The notes under the pieces were generated by a model. The model saw only the letters and a list, made by a program, of their open reading frames with translations. It was not told the origin of the DNA and did not search any database. Shown here piece by piece: positions 59,183 through 64,000 of a stretch of 64,000 bases of DNA (positions within the stretch are counted from its first letter, which is position 1; each line of letters begins with the position of its first letter). Source of the stretch: Mantamonas sphyraenae STR306. Lineage: Eukaryota > Protista > CRuMs. The translations under genes and the position numbers were made by a program. The stretch covers positions 62,001-126,000 of the forward strand of contig JAPMXV010000050.1 of the NCBI GenBank assembly GCA_026936335.1. Reading direction: 5' to 3'.

Positions 59183-61859
59183 ATGTCCGCGTTGGAGATG
59201 GACACCTTGTCGTCGCGACACAAGGAGAGGACCAAGCGCAGGATGACGTCGGATGACGACGATATGTCGACGCGTGCGGCAGCCGGGAGTGTACGAGCCA
59301 AACGGGACGTCGAGGTGTTGAAGGAAGCCGATCGGCTGGTCCGAGCACGCAGCCGATCCGCAATCAAGATCGAATCCATCGACCAGTACACGACACAGAA
59401 GAAGCAAAAGCTGACCATCAGGTGAGTCAAAGCCGGGGAAAGGGGGGGTGGGGGGGCTGTGGCGACGGGAAGGGGGAGCAAAAAGGAGGGGGCTGTGCTG
59501 ACGCGGTTCGGCTCTGGAAACACACAGCGCGGCGTTTGCCTTTATGTCGCCTGCACGGCTGGACAACCTTGTGCGCAAGCGCAACGTGTGGCTGAACATC
59601 AATGCCATCACTGCACTGATGCTATTCATTGTGGAGGTGGGTTTGCCACAGCTGGCGCGGAAGGTTGCGAGAGATGGATGTGGGTGGGAGTTCGCTGACG
59701 CGCCGTACGGGGATAAACACACCACCGCTGCTGGCAGATCGAGCTGGCTTACATCAAGGTGGAGTGGTACATCACCGAGGGGATGAAGCTTGTGATTTCG
59801 GTGATGACAATGATCCTGTGTAGGTTGTGAGCAAGAGAGAGCGCATAGAAAAGCGAGCGGGCCGTTTGAGACGCGCGCGTTTCGGAGAAGGCTGCTCTGA
59901 CACGAAAGCACGATTTGGGGTGCGGAGGGAGACAGTGATGCAGCTGTGGTCGTACTATCACTTCCAGGTGCTGATCCAAGCGAGCGAATGGAAGATCAAC
60001 AAGAAGGTGGAGCTTCGTGGTGAAAAGCAGCTGTTCCGGACTTTCCTGCTCGAAGTTGCCCTCTGCGTCATTCACCCGATACCCTTCCTGGTGCCAGACT
60101 GGGTGGGCATCTTTATGTTTCTGCGCCTTTATTTGGTAGTGCGGCTGGTGCGAGACAACAACATCACATACAAGCTGCGCGGCGAGCTGGCACGGCATCT
60201 GTAGGTGGCGCGGCGGAGCGGAGCAGAGCGCGATGTTGCCTCACCTCCCAAATTGGGAAGGCAGCGGCCACAGCTGGAGAGCTGAGGAGAGAAGCTGACA
60301 CGGAGCATGGGGCATACTACACGCACGCATCACTCCACACGCATGCACACACGCATCCACACGCAAACACAACGCACACAGGCAGCAGAACAGGAGCATG
60401 CTCCTTCCGCCAAAGCACAACTGGCGGCTGACGCTCAAGGCGCTGTTTCAGGTGAGTAGAACAGAAGACGAAAGGAAGACGAGTGTGTGCAACAGAAACA
60501 GCAGGCAATGAGGGGACATACGCTGACGCAGGTGGTGTGTGTGCAGACGAAATCGGTCAAGACGGTTGTGTTCTTCTCGCTGCTGCTGATCCTGTCGCTG
60601 GCGTTTGCCATGCACATTGTGGAGCGAGATGCCAATCCCGTGTTTAACGACTTTTTCGTGGTGATCTACTACGTGACCATCACCATCACAAGCGTCGGGT
60701 TTGGAGATGTGCAGGCCAAGAGCCCGTACGGGCGACTGATGTCGATGGTAAGCGTGGAGAGAGCTCGGGGGGACATGTGGCAAAAGGAGCAACACTGACA
60801 CGAGAGAGGGGATGGCACGTGGCACGCGTTGGACAGATCATTGCCATCTCTGGGGTGTTTGTGGCGTCGCTGCTGGTGGCTGTGTTGGCCAAGACGTTGG
60901 AGCTGAAACGGCATCAAAAGTACGCGGTGGCATGGGTGGCACTGCAGCACAGGTCGCGCAAGTACAAAGAACAGAGTGCGGTGTGTATTGCGCTGGCGTG
61001 GAAGTGGCACGACATGAAGAAGCGGAAGCGAGCGTGTTCGGCGTACGACGAGACGAACCTCGTGCGGCTGACGACAGCAAGTGAGGTGTACCATCTGAAT
61101 CTGTTGCACTCTCTGCGGAATCACCGACGCATTCGCAAGCTTGTGGGACTGCTCAAGCTGGACGTCAAGGATTACACTCTGGAAGCGGTCAACTCAATCA
61201 ACCGCAAGGTGGACAATTTGGAGGAGCAGATGTCGCAGAAACTGGCACAGCTGGATGCACTGAACCTGAGGCTGCGTGAGGTGCTGGAGAACCAGGCTGA
61301 AATGATGGCAAAACTGGGTGTAGAGACAGGACGCGGGGCGCTGACGACGGCCAACGTGACGCGGCTGAGCAAACAGATGGAAGCACGAGACGGAGAGGAA
61401 GAATCGTCGCGAAAGGCGGCACGAGGAAGCATGACGCAGTCGATGCTGCAGAAACAGCAGCAAGAGTGGCTGGAGTATCAGCGGAAGTACGCAGAGTGGG
61501 AGAAGCAGCAGCGAGCGTACGAGGAGCGGCAGGCACGACGCGCAAGCCAGAGGCTATCCACGGTGGAAACCAACAAGGCAGAGGGAGGCGCGGTGGAGAA
61601 GCGTGAATGGAGTGATGCACAGGCCGAGGCGCGTGGGAACAAGGAAGCGGACCACGTGGTGCCGGGCACAGAGACAGAAGGGGGTCGCCCCGTGTCAAGC
61701 ATGCAGCGTGTATACAGCGCTATCGAGGTGGACCGATTGCCAGCTGGAACGTCTGCTGCAGGGTTGCGAACAGACGCGGACACGCCGCCGCCGCCGCCAC
61801 CTGCAGAGGGCTTTTCGGACGACGACGACGAAGATGACGCCGACGATCAGCGGGATTGA
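59183..61859 (+). CDS. SK/IK-like (KCa2/3-type) potassium channel, ~662 aa
   Basis: Seven exons (59183-59421, 59528-59636, 59738-59819, 59936-60200, 60382-60451, 60547-60747, 60837-61859) sum to 1989 nt in frame. Motifs LLEVALCVIHPIP, MFLRLYLVVR, filter TITSVGFGD, and S6 to CaM-binding-like region SLLVAVLAKTLEL...SAVCIALAW; C-terminal coiled coil. Confidence 0.9.
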
Positions 61860-62110
61860 GAGCAGGATTGAGAGCAGGCACAGTGACAAAAGAACAGGAG
61901 AAGATGTGGATGAGATGGAATGATGGAATGAACCCGGCGACAGCCTTGCCAACCAAAAAAAAACCAACCAACCTTTCGGAACCCCCGCAGCATCTTCTTC
62001 GCTGCTCAACCTATCAACTCCAAACCAGACCGAACACCAATTGCGGAAAACAATTCGCTGTTTTGACTCTGGGATTGACACGAAAAGCAAGAGAGAAGAG
62101 AAGAATCAAG

Positions 62111-64000
62111 ATGCAAACCGCAACGTTGCTGCAACTTGTGGTTGTGCTGCTTGCGTGCAGCGTCGTGATGACGACGGCTGTGCCTGCAGCCAGTGTGTCG
62201 TCCACGGCTGTGGGCGCCACGCAAACACTGAAGCAAGGCATGGTCGCGAATGGCTCGCCGTCGGGAGCGACGGAAAGCGAAGCGGCCGCGGCCGATGTCG
62301 GCCTTGTGGATGTGCAAGACAACGAGCTGGACGAGCTCAACCAGGCCGCATCCGACCTGTCTGCACAGTCCAAGTTCTACCAGGACGACGAGCGCGACGA
62401 CCCATTTGCCTCGGACTTGTCTGGTGAGTGTGTGTGGGCAACGCGGCGGGCGGCAAACGCGGGCGCCGGCGAGAGGGGATTTGGCGTGGTGATTTGCAAC
62501 GGACCGTACGGCTGACACACATGGGCACAGACTTTGACGAGTACGAGGAAGAGGTGTCCGACCCGACGACCGAACAGGCCGAGGCTGCGCTGACATCTGC
62601 CGAGCCAGACAGCTCCATGGAGGTAAGCCTTTTCTTGAGGAAACTGCGCGTTTCCACCGTGCCCCTTTTTTTTCCGAGCGCCAAACGGCATTGTGCACGC
62701 AGCTTGCGGCGGGTACGCTTGTAGCAGCGACGCATGGACAGGAGCAATGTGTGCACACTGGATGTGTGCAGCGTGTGTGCAGGTCGTGCCGGCGTGCAAG
62801 TGAACGTGGGATGCGGCAGGGCGGAAGGGAAAGGCCAGCGGATGGCATCTGTTTTTTTTTCGCCAGCCCCAAATTTCAAGAGTCTTGTTTTCTGCTGTCG
62901 AGGCAATCGAAGCTGACACGGGAAAACGCAGGACGTGGACACGAGCGACGAAGAGGTGGAGGACGAGGCCGCGCGCAAGTTGCGCGACGAGTACCGCCAT
63001 TGTGACAGCAAGGGCAACCACCGAGCGTGTGTGTGTCTGCGCAAGATTCACACGCCCGTGCCTCGACCCGGAAAGCCCGCAAAGCCCCAGTGGGTGCTTG
63101 CGAGCAAGTATGCCAAGCGCGTGGTCAAGCGCACGGCCAGGAGCCAGAAGAAGCGTGCCAAGCGCGCTGTGAAGCGTCGTGTCAAGTAGGTTTTGCGGAT
63201 GGAGAATGCGGCGAGGAAGGAGATGGCAAGCAGGCACTCACACACACTCTCTCTCCCTCTGGTGTCTGTGCAGGAAAATGACGCTGCTGACAGCCGAGAT
63301 CAAGACTGTGCAGAAGACGCGTAAGTTGAGGCAGAAGAATTGTGCTCGTGGGGACTGCTGAAGAAGATGGAAGATGCACAGACACTCACACGACGAGGGA
63401 TGACGACGTGTCACAGTCAAGGTGTGGAAGAACAAGAGCAACCAGTACGGACGCACGCTGCGTCTGCAGCGTAGTCAGCGACGTGCGTCGCGCAAGATCT
63501 ACCAGAGACTGCGCAAGGACCGCAAGCACGCCAAGCTGGCGCGTGCTGAGCTGGGTCGCTTCCGTGCACTCACGCGAGCAATCAAGACGTCGCGTGCGCG
63601 ATATGTAAACGCACGTCGCCGCCTGCGTGCGCTGCGCCAGCGCGTGTCGCTGTACCGCCGCGCAAGCCGCTTTGGATGCAAGGTGCCCACGTCGGCAACC
63701 AAGGCCAAGGGAGCACGCCGTGCAGCGCTGTTGAAGCGCTTTGCACGCAAGTGCAAGCTTGTGATGCGACGCAAGAAGCGACGTGCGCGCCGACGCCTGC
63801 GCAGCCTGGCTCGAAAGCAGGTTGCGCGCTGCCGGCGCAGCCGAGCGTCGTGCCGACGCCACCGCGCGCTTGTGCGCAAGTACAGCCGCGCAGCGAGTGC
63901 GCAGCGCCGTGTGGCGCGCAAGTGGGGCCGCAAGAAGCAGTACAAGCGAGCTGCGGTGCATACGCGCCGTGCGGCCGCGCTGACGAAGCGCTTGAAGGGA
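62111..64000 (+). CDS. Secreted acidic-pro/Arg-Lys-rich protein, paralogue of the 8951 gene; 3'-partial
   Basis: Exons 62111-62423, 62531-62622, 62932-63185, 63274-63320 and 63417->64000, all frame-consistent. Signal peptide MQTATLLQLVVVLLACS, acidic region ending EDEAARKL, Cys cluster (HC...ACVCLRK), then very R/K-rich helical sequence. Confidence 0.85.

Noticed and set aside
61854-61877. 12-bp tandem duplication across the channel stop codon
   Set aside because: Simple local duplication, with no element between the copies to suggest a target-site duplication.
63181-63190. Apparent in-frame TAG suggesting stop-codon reassignment
   Set aside because: It lies within a GTAGGT splice donor, as at 5556, 59820 and 60201; all models work with the standard code.

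Overview
Gene-dense, GC-rich nuclear DNA of a unicellular eukaryote (species not determinable here), read with the standard genetic code. I could build frame-consistent models for 10 protein genes with about 22 short spliceosomal introns (GTRAGY/GTAGGT/GTACGT donors, CTGAC/CTCAC branch sites). In order: a DENN+SBF2-like+RCC1 protein (runs off the left edge); a ubiquitin-like-domain protein; BRX1; a GT54/MGAT4-like glycosyltransferase; a ~4,320-aa secreted hyper-basic Arg/Lys polyprotein with acidic spacers and nine GDPH (vWD-type) modules; a PhoD phosphatase; a ~10,950-aa acidic coiled-coil protein built from nested 14-, 15- and 19-residue repeats with seven CxxC nodes; a pepsin/cathepsin-D-type protease; an SK-like K+ channel; and the 5' part of a paralogue of the basic polyprotein. 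The best candidate for an undescribed system is the family of secreted proteins with a signal peptide, acidic pro-region, polycationic cargo and GDPH self-cleavage motifs (two members here, sharing an intron position). The second is the megadalton modular coiled-coil rod. Six frameshifts in the two giant genes look like long-read indel errors. No database searches were run, so family calls rest on motif recognition.
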